Positions 22,734 through 35,368 of a stretch of DNA of 64,000 bases are shown here, in pieces. Both the position numbers and the translations under genes were made by a program. The first letter of the stretch is position 1; every line of letters begins with the position of its first letter. The stretch lies in NCBI GenBank assembly GCA_000091205.1, contig AP006501.2. The stretch is one strand, 5' to 3'. The DNA is from Cyanidioschyzon merolae. Lineage: Eukaryota. Under the pieces are notes generated by a model that worked only from the letters and a program-made list of their open reading frames with translations, ran no database searches and was not told the DNA's origin.

Positions 22734-24757
22734 CAATGAGCTCCGCTTCCGATGTAAACGTTATCCATAAAAACTTACAGAGTAAAGCCTCAAGTGTGCT
22801 GAAAGGTTGAATACGACCTCACTTTCACTTAAAGTAGGATCAAACCCGCAGCACCGGTGCGCAACTTGTCAAAAATTGTCGAGCTCCGGGAACTCACCAC
22901 GGCTCTGTTACAGTGAGCAAGATGCGTCCGTGCGTCCAACAAGAGACTCGTGGTCAAGTTGTTTATCCGATCGAGTAACGAAGACACGCTCGGGCGAAAG
23001 AAAGCGCTTCAAGAAGAGGCTGTGTATTCGGGATATTACAATTGGTGTACACCGTTTTGAAGGGGCATGCGCGATACCGATACCCATACAGCGCGATACA
23101 GCGATGACGAGAACCTGGTGCGTCGCTGAAGCTAAAGTTTGGGCCTCTTCAGAGCTGTTCACTAGTGCTGCTTGCTTGCACTATGGGGCATGCGTCAGCG
23201 AGACATGAGCAACTGCTAGGCGGGAGCGCGCTGAACGACGACCGCCATAGACGCTTTACGGTTCGTGCACTTCCCAGCTTGTCTTACGCTCATGCGAGAC
23301 TATGAAGGGATGGGTCCAGCAACTCGGATACACACTCTAAAGTTGGTATCTCTTGCTATTATCGTCAAGACAAGGCTTCTCGGGGTTTTCTGAGACAACA
23401 TCTTTTTCATCTTCCTTACCTTTCGGTGTATATTCTCCAGTGTACCTTTTTTTTTGCAGATCCGTTCATAGCAGTCGAGAGACACTGCTAGTACTCTGAA
23501 AGTCCCAATATCGCTGGTTTCGGATGCCGTTCTCGCACCCTAGGCATAGAATGTCGTTGCGATCTACACGCTGCATGCGAGAGTCATCGCCTTCGCATAC
23601 AGACAGAGTGTACCACGCTCAGCGGTGACACGTCGCGGTACTCAGGGATTCCCGTATACCCACAATGCATCCCGTTCCGAAGCGGCGCCCTGTGCCGCGT
23701 GAGCACTTCCTTCGCCGTTCCGTGCATGTTGTTGACTGGTAAAGAAGGCTTCTGTCGATGCCTTCCTCCATTCCTGTGCCCGGTGACATGCACGATGATC
23801 ACGGGCCCCTTCTGGACGATTCCCGCGGCGAGTACGCTACCCGCTGGGCACGCAAGCGCACGCTGCTCCATGCGGTAGCGCAGCCATGGAATGCAGTATT
23901 GCCCGTGATGAAACAAGCACCTGAATGGAACTCCAGAATCGGGATCCAGGCGAGAAATCCAGGACGATCCACGCTGCCTTCGTATGCGGCCGTGACGCGC
24001 TCATTAGTGGAACCGGTTGCGGCGATGACTGCAGCCCTCGTCCAGGACGCTATTCCATGCAAGCGGAATGCACAGAAGCTTCTGGGACCATACTTCGTGA
24101 TGGGCAATGCTTGTGTCGGATCTCGGTTCGACGATAGCCACGGAGAGCGGCGGCTTTGTTTTTTCCAAATGGAACAGGCTTCCTGACGTAAGCGGTTCCA
24201 TGAACTCGCCGCATGAGCCTGTGAATACGTCGCCAGCGGACATCGTCGCGTATTTTGTTTCCTCGTCAATCCAGAGATCCGCATTGCTGCGTCCACGAGT
24301 TGCCTGAAACAGACACATCGAACACCTTGAAGAATGCGTGATTGACGCAGAGGCCAGGCAAGCAATCGAGAGGAATCGAGGCGACTGCACATGCGTGGAT
24401 GGTGGTATTGTTTTAATGCTGCGAAACCCGTGATCGACGGCGCTGGAACTCATCATGATTCCGGTGGTGAAATCGAATTGCAGCGTCAGGGAATCGAAGG
24501 AGCCTCCACGGAAACACGACCGAAAATATAAAATTCCGCATGCATCCCCAAGCTCTTGTTGCTCTACCTTGAACGTTGATGCAGCCCAAGCAAAAAAGAT
24601 CGAAAAATATCGAAAGATAGGCGCAAAGCGAGTCATTCCATGTTCCATTATAATCTGACATGAGTGTAGGCAGGCACTGGTGTTCAGGTACGCTCCTCCG
24701 AATTTTATTCTGAACGCTCCGGCTCTGGCTACCTATACGGATCACGTTTTCGATGAG

Positions 24758-25699
24758 ATGAAGCGCTCAGACAACGGAAAGCGACCAGCGGTTTCCGCTT
24801 CTGCCAAGAGAATCATGCAGGAACTAGCAGAACTAGCTCGCGAGCCTTCAACGTTGTTTGAGGTGCGTGCCCTTGACGATGACCTTTTTGAAGTGCACTT
24901 TACCATCCGTGGCCCCGCGGACTCACCCTTTGAGGAAGGACTCTACCACGGAAGAATACTGCTTCCTCCCGAGTACCCGTATAAGCCGCCGGAAATCATG
25001 CTCCTGACACCGAACGGTCGCTTCGAAACGGGGAAACGCATCTGCCTCAGCGTGACCCAGCACCACGTGGAGACCTGGCAGCCAAGTTGGGGAATACGTA
25101 CTATCCTGACGGCGCTGATTGGATTTATGCCTACTCGCGGAGATGGTGCTGTCGGGGCCCTCGACTTTACTGAGGAAGAACGTCGTCAGCTGGCGTGCGC
25201 CTCGCGACGCTGGTCTTGTGCCCGGTGTGGTATGGACCATAGCAGTTGGAAGAGTTCAGCGTCCACTTCGGCTGAAGCCCACCGGGTCTCATCTGAAGAG
25301 ACAAGCAACGAGGGATATGTGGGAAACCTCCCGGGCACTGATGGGCACGAGAGCCGGTGCATTTCGCACGAGCCAGCTGCCTCACCGGGAACCGAGCCAA
25401 TAGCGTCTGCGATGCCCACGACGCCTGCAGCTCCAGAGGAGCTTCCAGAGGCGTCGACCTCATGGCATCATGAGAAAGAAGCGCAGGCGTCTGGGAGCCA
25501 GCTGATGCTGCCAGCGATGCAAGTGCCCGAAACGGCAAGGCATTCGAGCGCATCAGACTGCAGCTCGACAGAAAAGAGCATGCCCCACGATTCGCGGACG
25601 ACAGCTACGACGGAAACCATGCTGGAGAGCGTCGATCGACTGCTAACCTACGTCATTATTGCACTGGTCTGCGCATTGACCACAGTTTGGTTTCTTTAA
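24758..25699 (+). CDS. Ubiquitin-conjugating enzyme E2, UBC6/UBE2J-type, with a C-terminal transmembrane anchor
   Basis: KRIMQELAELAREPSTLFEVRALDDDLFEVHFTIRGPADSPFEEGLYHGRILLPPEYPYKPPEIMLLTPNGRFETGKRICLSVTQHHVETWQPSWGIRTILTALIGFMP is a UBC fold with the catalytic Cys in KRICLS. The C-terminus LLTYVIIALVCALTTVWFL is a tail anchor. Confidence 0.85.
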   Translation: MKRSDNGKRPAVSASAKRIMQELAELAREPSTLFEVRALDDDLFEVHFTIRGPADSPFEEGLYHGRILLPPEYPYKPPEIMLLTPNGRFETGKRICLSVTQHHVETWQPSWGIRTILTALIGFMPTRGDGAVGALDFTEEERRQLACASRRWSCARCGMDHSSWKSSASTSAEAHRVSSEETSNEGYVGNLPGTDGHESRCISHEPAASPGTEPIASAMPTTPAAPEELPEASTSWHHEKEAQASGSQLMLPAMQVPETARHSSASDCSSTEKSMPHDSRTTATTETMLESVDRLLTYVIIALVCALTTVWFL

Positions 25700-27000
25700 T
25701 GGACGTGCCAGGCTCCGTGTGATTGTTGCCTTGAGCCAGACGCATTCTCCCGAGGCACCGTTGCGGTGCAGTTCCAGTGATCAAGTTTCAGCACCGGTGC
25801 AAAGGCGGCAATGGACGTATGTGCGCCGCAGACTCCGCTCACAAGTTCCTAGCATTTCGGCAAGACATGCCATGTGATGCGGCTTGGGGACAAGTGCTTC
25901 CTCGCGCGTGCAGCCCACAGGTCCCGGTGCGAAGAGCCCTGTTATCGAATGATCGATTTCCTCTATTCATGTACGCAAACGGTGCTCGCATGGACGCGCA
26001 TCCATAGCGCTGCACGTATCCTTCGACACTTCGTGGACGACCGGCCTAGACAGCTGCGTTGCCGGCCGTGTTTGTGTCCAGCGGAATTTTCTCGCCGCTG
26101 ATCACGCGTCCCGCTCTCCGCCTTGGCTGCATTCATTCTTGTTGAGGCATATCGTCGCCACAGGTGGCGTCACGATATAGTTGTAGAATGCTCCCGCGGG
26201 AAATGCAGCTGCAGCAGCTGAGCAACTCTGCTTGTGCGTTGTTTCTTTTCCAGTGTTTTCTTCCGAAAACAGGAACGATGCAGCCAATGCATTTTCACAT
26301 TGCCCGCCTCATTCCAGAGAAACGGGAGCAGTCCACAACCTTAACAGATTGTGCAGGGAAATCCGGAGCTAACATGAGCATCGAACGTTGTGCGACATGG
26401 TGCCTGACGCATTTTTCACGGAAGGTCTTCCATGCACACCGAGTCAGACTGGACCCGTATCCATAAAGCGAGACAGAGCGTCCGCGTCCCCCAAATCTGC
26501 TAGACTGGTCGTGAGCACTCGCAAGGCTGTAGTTTTGGTGTAGAGTGCCTTGGCGGTCGCTCTCGTCACGGAGCATGCCACTTAAACTCAGGCTGGGCTG
26601 TGGGCGGTGTTCTTTGAAAGGAACTCGAATAGCGCTGCCCAACTCGCGTTCGCTCATGAGCTCCAGATGGAACCACTTTCGCAGGTTTTGCAGCACCGCG
26701 GGTATAACGTGCGTCCAGCTCCAAGCACAGCGACCGTGGGTTGCTCGTTCCCTACTACCCAGCGTCAGGTCGCTGTTTTCCAGACCCGTTCGCGTTCGCC
26801 GAGTGCACCTGTCGTGCGTGTTCAGAAGGAAGCTTCAGGCTCTCGCCTTGAGCACATCGCTGGACTTTCTGAAACTCGGAATTCAAGCGCATGTCTACGC
26901 TCAGCAAGACAAGAGAAACTGGGTATCTATCGGTTTCAACGAGCGGACAACGTACCCGACGTTCTTAAACTTGCTCCTCAACGGAAGCGGGGCACTGTCA

Positions 27001-27033
<33 letters not shown>

Positions 27034-27048
27034 GGCGACGGCGGCGAC
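27001..27048. repeat. (GGCAAC)5-6 followed by GGCGAC repeats
   Basis: Hexanucleotide microsatellite seen directly. Confidence 0.9.
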
Positions 27049-27195
27049 AGACGTTCATGGACACAGCTGCGGCGTGAGGATCCGGCTACGTTCACGTGTA
27101 ATAGTTCGCAAAGCTTGCTCGGTTCCAATGAACCAAAGTGCTTCCATTCTTCATGAAAAGTGAGTGGTAAACGAGAGCCACAGCTAAGAGCTTGA

Positions 27196-29948
27196 ATGAA
27201 TACTACAAAAGAGTCTGCAGCAGGGCGCCGGCAGAGCTGGAACTTGCACCACTCACGGCGAAAAAGGTCCAGCACTGCAAGTCTCCTTGAGAGCCGCGAG
27301 TACACCGACACGAACCACTTTTCGAAGCAAACCGCTTGGACAGCCGAACAACTTCACCGGAAAGGTTTTCGTCGCCACAGTTATGATGTACCGACACCGC
27401 CGTGCATTTTCCGGCGGTTCACCCCGAACGGACGATTTCTCCTTGCTCTTGACCGAAACGGAACGGATCTGCTTGTCTTCCCTTACGTACACTGGTCCAG
27501 TTCTGTGCCGTTTTCTACGCAATTGAAGGGCGCTGACTGTTGCAGTGCGGAAGACCCGGCCAACAAGGTAAACCTGTCCGAGTCAGGCGGTTCGGCCTCG
27601 TTTTCCGACTTTTTTCGTGAGCCTCTACGGATAAGTGTAGTGAATGCCTATACGACTGGCTTCCTTGCGTATAATAGGGCACGCGCTTTTGGTATGGATA
27701 CACCACTGGAGGCAGAATGGGACCCTACTGGTGTCTACCTTCGGGACTTGCTTCTGTGTACACCCTGTGGTCGATTTGTTCTCCTGGGAGCGTGGCGAGC
27801 TCCGTCAACACCCGCACTGACGCACCGAGGCGAGAGCCTTCGTACTGGATCACAAATAACTGCCGCTGTATCGGAAAATTCCCACTCGAATCGTGAGCGG
27901 TCATCTACAGACAGCCATATGGAAAGCGCAACAACCGGAAGCGGGCAAAGAGGCAGCTTTCGGCGACTCGCAGCGCGCCACGTTGCCGATTCGAGTTCGC
28001 CTGCTTCTTTAGCAGGATGCCCTGTAGTACCCTCTGTCTACCTTTTTCTGGTCGACATGGAATTACAGCGAGTTGTAGATGTCTTCATGTTGCGTAATGA
28101 CCTTGTATTACTCGACGGAAACTCCGGTGTCCAGCTATTTGATGCGGACCTCGTGGCAGTGACCTCCATGGCGCATCAGGCAGTGCATCTGTTACGTATC
28201 CGGCAAGGAATCGGTGGTCTGAATCAACAGTGTGGATGCTTCCAGTACTTGACGAGCTTCGGACCGCACTGTTTCTCCGATGACGCGTTACTCATTGCCA
28301 AACAATATCGCCGGGAGCGCGATTTTCGCCGACAAGGTCGACGCGTCTTTGCACTGCAGTTACGTGATCTTTTACAGACGGAGAACTCCAGTGCAGAAAG
28401 CGAGCCGCTAGATGACGTTCCAGTTCAGCCGTCCGAGGCCAACAATGACGCCTCAGCAGCCGGGGCATGCATTTTGCCGTCGCACCCGCAGGAAACATCG
28501 GTGTTGCCTGTCGGCATGCAGAAGGAGCCTGTCGGCGGCATCGTGGAGTCTGGGATACCCCAGAGACGGTGCCGTCGACAGCGCCCCCAGAGCGATGACA
28601 ATTCGGAACGCGAGGCTTCCCCCTTTGTGATGCCATGTACGAGTGCGGCCGCTGTAGCTGGTACTGCTATGGCTGCAGCGGCGTGTCGTATGGCGTATCG
28701 CCCGCAAGAAAAGGAATGTTTCATCACGGGTTTGAAGCAGCGTCTGCTAACCTTTCTGTATCGGAGCTACACACAGGGAAAGCCATGCTCATATTATGAG
28801 CGGTTTGCGGCATCGTTCGAGAGCCTGCAGTCCTTCGTTATTCAGCGCGCTGCGCTGATCAGCAAAAAGCATTTCCTGGTACGCATGGTTCCCGCGCGAC
28901 TCGCCCTGAAACACTTTCTCGGCCGGACGGCTTGCTCTCTCTTTCATCAGCCATGGTACGTTTCGGGCGTTGCGGTTACGGGACTGGTCGATTCTGACTT
29001 GGCGCTACTGCACGCAGCAGAAGCGCACAGCACTGCAGATTCTGAGCAGATACCGGCGAGCGCGGAACCAGGATCGTACAGGCAGCAACTTCAGCATCTA
29101 TTACACGCCCCCTGTCCTGTACTCGCCGACAACATTGTTGCCTCAAAACGCCGACAGGATGCTTTGAGTGCTCTGGTGGCTCAATTGCGCACCACGTTTT
29201 ACGTGATCTACGACTATTTGAGCACACAAATTGAGGCAGTGTTCTCGCCCGGCTCGGTGGAATTCCTCGCACTCGCACGTCACCATCCGGAATGGTTCGG
29301 GTTGCGCTCCGGCGTGCCGCTGTATCGCATAGAGAGCGCCGTGGAACGACTCGAGGAATTGAAACTAGTCTGTGGAGCGGTCTACTGTCCAGTGTGCCAC
29401 CGGGAGCACCGCTGCGGTAGCGTTGCTGCGCGGAACACGCCACGCAACATGGCTCATGGAACAGACGAACGTGCTGCTCTTGTCAAGGCAGAAATTGCCC
29501 TATTATCGGCGGGCGCTCCGCTTGATACATCACAGAGGCACGAGCGCTGGTCGATGGCTGTGAAACCGGAGGCAGGTGCTGGTGAAACTTCTTCGACGGG
29601 TAAGCGTGCCGACACTAGAGCGGTTACCGGGAACTGCACAACTTTAGGACAAGATTTAACGGAGCGCGGACCTGTCATGGATGTCGCTCACCTGTACAGG
29701 GAGCCTTTGCTAACGATGTTCTTGCTGCTGCCGTTGCCGTGCCAACCGGCTATCTTTTCGCCCTGGTTGAACCGACGGTTCTTCTCCTACGATGAATCAA
29801 AGTTGTGGAGTAGAGACCTATTCCATCCAGCCGTATGCGACGAGTATCCCATGGTGCGTGTTTTTCATCGCGTACGCGGAACACTCTCTTGGCGTATCTA
29901 TCCGGCAGCGAAGAATGAGAGAGAGAGATTATCTGCTCGCCCGTTCGT

Positions 29949-29981
<33 letters not shown>

Positions 29982-30243
29982 CTTGGAAGCTTCACGAACA
30001 CATACGCCCGTGGAAGGCGCGCGTACGTCGACGACGCACGCTGGTGCACCAGACCACAGCCAAAGAACCGTCACTGACACCATGTTGCAAGCAACGGTAT
30101 CGTACTTGCCGGATGCGGAAGCAGAGCCGCGTTCCAGAGTTCGCCAATACGCATCCTATATCTTTCACCCACAAGATGCTTTTTGTCTGAGTATTTTATG
30201 GTCATCAGAACGAGCACCAGTTGTGAATCTGCACTACGCTTGA
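27196..30243 (+). CDS. DET1 (de-etiolated 1)-like protein, unusually long, with a poly-Q tract
   Basis: N-terminal segment YDVPTPPCIFRRFTPNGRFLLALDRNGTDLLVFPY matches the conserved DET1 block [33 protein letters not shown]. The rest is long (1015 aa vs ~550) and low-complexity, including an in-frame (CAG)11 at 29950-29981. Confidence 0.5.
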
Positions 30244-30800
30244 GGTTTGTACAGGTCGCATTGGCCCACGAGGCAGCCCGCGGGAACGCCGCTTGTCATG
30301 CTCTACACATACATTCCGGTGACGAGGCAAGTCGGCAGCCGCGGCTAGCGTTGATGACCATCGCAGCGTGTTGTGCGGCGCTTTCGTGCGTCGAATGTTT
30401 TTCTTACCGCGGATTTTGAAAGCAAGAGAAGCGACGCGGGTGAGCAGCAAATATTTTGGGTGTCTCGCAGTTCCATCCAGATTCCAGGTTGATGCAAGGG
30501 CCCTGATTCACGGAATCAGCGATTCAAACAACAATTGCCTTGCAATCCGGTGTATCGTTTCTGATGGTGCTTGGCATGATGCATCGCTGAGACAATCCGC
30601 TGCTCGTCATCATAAGCATCAGCTTCTGCGGTTGATATTGATGTTACTGCTGCTGCTGCTGCTGCTGCTGTTCAAGGTACGCCATGAGCAAGCATGAACA
30701 CTGCGACAGCGCTCCCAAATCTAAAATAGTTGATCCGCTTTACCATTTCCGGGCATGCAATAGAACAGCATGCCATCCATGCACCCTAGATACGATGCGT

Positions 30801-31331
30801 CTATGATTTCGTAGCAGGGCTTCCATTACCGCGTAGCGCCTTCTCGCTTGCTGGTCGAAAGACGGTCGACTCCACTGCGAGCGTGCGAATCACCGAGTCG
30901 AGTCGCTTTCGAAAGCTCTCACTCACGATCGATGTGCCGAGTGTGTAGAGCGGATTGCGTATTGCACATTCGACATACGCTTCGCGATAGACGCGCTGCA
31001 GAATCCGGGTTAGGTCGCTTGCCGTTGGCGACGTTGTCAGTACGAAGCGCAGGCCGGTGCTGCTCTCAAAGCAGTGCAACTGGTATTTCTCCGTCGAGTA
31101 ACTGCAAAAGTTAGATGGTCCTCTCGGCATGTACCGAGTTGCTGTGTCGATAGGAAGAGAGTCATCATTCGCGGGAGCAAGGCTTCGGCAGAGCTGTTTC
31201 ACGGCGAAGAGAAGACCAATGAGGTTCTGTTGTTCTTGTTGTGTGTCCGAACCGGGGCGTGTTCGTTGCCATTCCCGATAGTAGAGACATGTGCCATGTC
31301 TACTAAACAGGTAAAAGTTGTATACCTGCAT
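30801..31331 (-). CDS. TRAPP complex subunit 1 (Bet5/TRAPPC1)
   Basis: MQVYNFYLFSRHGTCLYYREWQR...LIGLLFAVKQL...KYQLHCFESSTGLRFVLTTSP...RVYREAYVECAIRNPLYTLGTSIVSESFRKRLDSVIRTL aligns with human TRAPPC1 (MTVHNLYLFDRNGVCLHYSEW...YKLHYYETPTGIKVVMNTD...VKNPLCPLGQTVQSELFRSRLDSYVRSL). Start ATG at 31331. The ORF extends further upstream, but that part is not homologous. Confidence 0.8.
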   Translation of the reverse strand: MQVYNFYLFSRHGTCLYYREWQRTRPGSDTQQEQQNLIGLLFAVKQLCRSLAPANDDSLPIDTATRYMPRGPSNFCSYSTEKYQLHCFESSTGLRFVLTTSPTASDLTRILQRVYREAYVECAIRNPLYTLGTSIVSESFRKRLDSVIRTLAVESTVFRPASEKALRGNGSPATKS

Positions 31332-32909
31332 GAGGTCAAACAATGAATAGCGCGTCCCAGCACTGTGGCGGGCGTTGCTGTTGACAGTCTGTTTCCAACG
31401 GGAACTATCCTGGACGCAGGCGAACGCGTCAACTCCAAGTCTCCGACCAGGTATGGTGCTATCGCTGCTGCTCAAGTGCAGGATGGTGGTAAAGCTATCG
31501 CGAATCTACGACGATGACACTCACAGCGTCGTTCGCAGCGGAGAAAAACCGTCGATACTGTGTCGAACGCGAGCGTTCAACGAGAAAAACTCACTGAAAC
31601 GCGAACAGTCGTGATGAACAGGTGCTCAGCGGGGTTTCCCGCACGGCACGCCGCGAGGCGCCTCACCCGAGTGAAGTGCCCGAGGAGCTTTTCGGTCACC
31701 TAGCTGCCTCCTAAACGCCACCTTTCAGCTAGCTTCGTAGTCAGTGCGAACTCCTTTCCGTCAGCGTTGCCGGAGCCCTGTACTGAAGCGCGCTTTCTAG
31801 CTTGACCACGAATGGTCGCCGCTTTTGGAAAGCACGGCTGCAGAAAGGAAGATCACGACCGCAGCCTGCCTTTGTGCAATCTGCGTCGTGCTCGGTAACA
31901 ACCTGTATGAGCTTGGGTTAGAAATCCGCTTTAGCAAGTGAGACTCGAGTCTCCGCGGTACCGGGGATCACGAACCGGTTAGCGAGCTTGGTGTGCTGAA
32001 GGCGCCTCGTAGGGCACCAGGCTCCCGAAAACTGGTGTTCCTCTTCCAAGGCAAAGGTAGCTGCAATCGTTCGCTATGGAAAATCTCTCAAAGTCTTTGC
32101 GGTGGAACAGGACTCGCAACCAGTTTCGAGACGATCACGCCCAGAGAACCGGTGATAGAGGCAGGTCCGCGAACCGCGCCTGATAGACCAAAACCTCCGA
32201 ACGAGAGCCAAGGGGTTCCTAGTCTTGCCGTGACCTCCTTCAAGAAAGCGCTTTTGTACGCTTGCGTATTCACTTTTTATACAAAGGTATGTTGTTCATC
32301 TCGAAAACGAAGAGAGAAGGGTCAGAGTGATAGGGCCAGAGGCCTTCTCACCGTCTACATCCATGTCAGATCATCATGGAAAACTGCACTAGTCGTTCTG
32401 CTCGTGCCTTATGACTTTTTTGATTTTTCTGCAGTACAATCTGGGTATTCATAGTCCAGCGATAGAGGGTTACGGAAACAGAGGTAGGTCTTGGGTTTTC
32501 GTCTGTCTTTTTTGGACGGCTCCTTGGGATTTTTGTCGCTGGACTTTGTTCCATCATCGGAAGCAACCTGATCCACGATGCACTCGTACAAGGGGTTCCT
32601 CAACTGATCGAAATCAGCATCCTATGCATTGTTAGATGACTCCACACTTGTTCGATCTTTACGGTTAGCAGGTCCAAATAACGCGTTCTTTCAACTATTC
32701 AATCTTTCTGGCCGAGGCAACTCCTGGGCGCAGCAATTCGCTCTGCGGGATTCACAAGCAAACACTCCATAATGTTGCTTGATGCGTCGTTCACACGCTC
32801 ATGCCGAACGTTTACTGAACTTGTCACGCCAAATAATTGATTCTGTTCCGAGTACAAACCCTTCTATCTGTGCGTCCGTGTACAAAACGGCAATCCACAG
32901 CAGCATGAT

Positions 32910-33563
32910 TTGCCTCATGCGATATGCTCCCAGAGACTACCGTTTCTCCTGCTTGGATGCAAAAGGGTCACAGATTCGCACCTAATTCATCAGAGCGACG
33001 AATATCAGGGGCGTATGTGTCTTCGCTTTGCCCGAAGTGACCATGGAAGGATCAAAATTTTGGGACTTGATCTCGAGCCTAGATTCTCCTTCCGGTACTT
33101 GGTACATCGTGGACAACATCATGTTACAGAAATCCTGTTCTGAACAGAGCAGCGTGCGCTTTTGTGTGCGTCGGACAGCGTACATGCAGGGCGGATCGCC
33201 TGGCTGAAGCTCGTGATCCTTGGGTTAAGCAGCAGTTGTGGAAACCGAAGAACGCGTCGCGAGGAGCCTTCAATACCCATCAAGAGCATCTACGGAGCAA
33301 CAAGTGAGGCGGCCGTGTGGCACAGTTCGGTCTCCGGAGGAGGCGCAGAAGTTGTGGTGGACATACGGGACCACCTGACCATACGCAGGTGCGACAAATG
33401 CGAAGGGCGCACACAGACAGTATCCAAACGACAAGATGAAAGTGACATGCGCAACGTTGATCGAAACTACCGTCTATGCACGGAGTGTGTTGACTATGGC
33501 CAGCAACTACGAATTTCGGGTTGCAAACCTGCCAACAACATCCATCGATTGCAGACAGCGTAA
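32910..33563 (+). mobile_element. TnpB/Fanzor-like compact reading frame, copy B; one frame with a single in-frame stop at 33141-33143
   Basis: Motifs in order: LLGCKRVTDSHL at ~32950 (LG..RFV-like), ILGLDLEP at ~33057 (RuvC-I GIDLG-like), VVDIRDHLTIRRCDKC-x26-CTEC-x13-ANNIHRL at 33370-33550 (OrfB zinc ribbon plus RuvC-III-like). The layout matches copy A despite low sequence identity. Confidence 0.5.
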
Positions 33564-34270
33564 CCGATGGGAACGCAGCGCACTGGGTGTTTCAGGCACG
33601 GGATACGAAAGGGGACATGACATCAGTCACAGGAAAAGCCCTGGAAGGCCGCAGGCGATAGCAGCGGGAAACCCCCGAAACGTTAGCGTGCACGCTCGAG
33701 TCAGAGGACCCATTCCTATGCATCCTCGCAAATGCAGGGATGCTGCCTTACCGTACCCTCGCCGTCGACCTAGGGAAAAACGATTGCAAAATCCGTTCGA
33801 GAGTCATACCGAGACATATTGTTCACTCGTGGAGGCTCGTGTCGCGTCAGCCACAGCTCAAAAAGCCACGTATTGGGTTCATCGTCTATGCTCACTCGAT
33901 GGAAGCGCCGTCGACCGACGACTAGTTCGACTTCACCTGCAGCCGCTACGTACCATTGAATTCCGCTCCAGACTGGGCCCGCACAAAACTCGCTCACATA
34001 TTTGACCAGATAAAAAAGCGTGCTTGAAACCCTGCCTCGAAGCTTCTCAGGCGTCCATCGTTACCAGCGGCACTTGTTTCGAACGCCCACGCCTGCATTT
34101 CTATTGTTCAGAGCATCGCAACGAGAGCGTGTTTGTCTATACACCGACGTGCAGACGCCTCCCAGCCTTTTCGACCGGCCCCCTGCTATCAGCCTCAGCT
34201 TCTCCTTGCACACTTCGGAATGAAGAGGTTGTCCCACAAAATTCACTTGCGTCAGCACCGCGGATCTCGT

Positions 34271-35342
34271 CTACAGCATCGCACATTGTCTGATATTAAG
34301 AGCGGCGTTAACGTCTCGGTTCACGAACTCACTGCGTTTCTTGCCGCCGCTTGTACTCAGGATCGCGAGGATTCCTAGTACTCGTGCCCAGTGTGCCACA
34401 ACAGTGTCGTCATCGGCCCGCCGGGCGAGCGCTTTTTCTCTTCTATTTTCCCTGTTCTTCTTCGTCATTTGCTCTATTTCGATTGATGGTCGGCGAATAT
34501 GGTATTGATCGTTCACTCCCGGCAGCGGGTACTGGCGGCCCCGAAGGATACCCGACTTGAATGTCCATATCTTTATTTTTTTAAAATCGAACCCAGTTTG
34601 AGCGCGTATGCTATAAACCGCGAAAAATCGCCTGAATAGACTTCCGTGAGGGTTGAAATACGATTGAGACGAAAGACTATACTTTGCTATGACTTCAACG
34701 CAAATGGACCGCCTACGTTACAGCCACACGCTAATGATCAGGATCGCGTTTCCCTTCAACGGCGATAGACGCATCGTATCTCATGCCTCCCAGATATGGA
34801 GGCTGGCGTATCGACCGAACTATCTAGAACGAGGAACGGAGACTAGGCACTACATGGCAACTCGATAACAATTTCGATCCTCGCTACGATAAGCGCTAAA
34901 ACGGGAAATCGTTTCCGAAGTGTCGAAAGTCTACCTCACAGGCGGCAGGTCCCGCGAGCCGGACGTCTCTCCCGGGCTGGTGCTTCATGCTCCCCCAGTG
35001 CCCGGTGCTGTTGCGAGGCCTGAGCAAATCGCCCGCAATGCACTTGATCCTGGGACCAGGAGCGCGTAAACTGCATCTAGGCGTCGGCTTGGTCGCCGAA
35101 GTATCCCAGTATATCGCTGCGCGCTCCACAGGCGGGACGTCTGTCTGCGCAGCTTGCAGACTCCCCGAATGCTTGTGTTCTCCGATGCCGTGCGGAACGG
35201 ACCACGCCTCGAATCGATCCACTATGTAGTCTGGCAATGCCGTTCTGTCTCTATGCTGCATCTGCATCGCCGTTAAGGGTGCCAAGGCAAGTGCTCTAGG
35301 TACGCAAAGCCCCCGATAGAACGCACAAAACGACCGGTACAT
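34271..35342 (-). mobile_element. TnpB/Fanzor-like degenerate copy B'
   Basis: The N-terminus MYRSFCAFYRGL (G..RFV-like) sits at 35342 and the C-terminal FVNRDVNAALNIRQC (RuvC-III RDxNAAxNI) at ~34288-34330. The interior is interrupted by stops in all frames. The 5' third is ~88% identical at DNA level to 63880-63945 (copy F). Confidence 0.5.
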
Positions 35343-35368
35343 CCGAGAGGAACTCTATATGATGGTAC

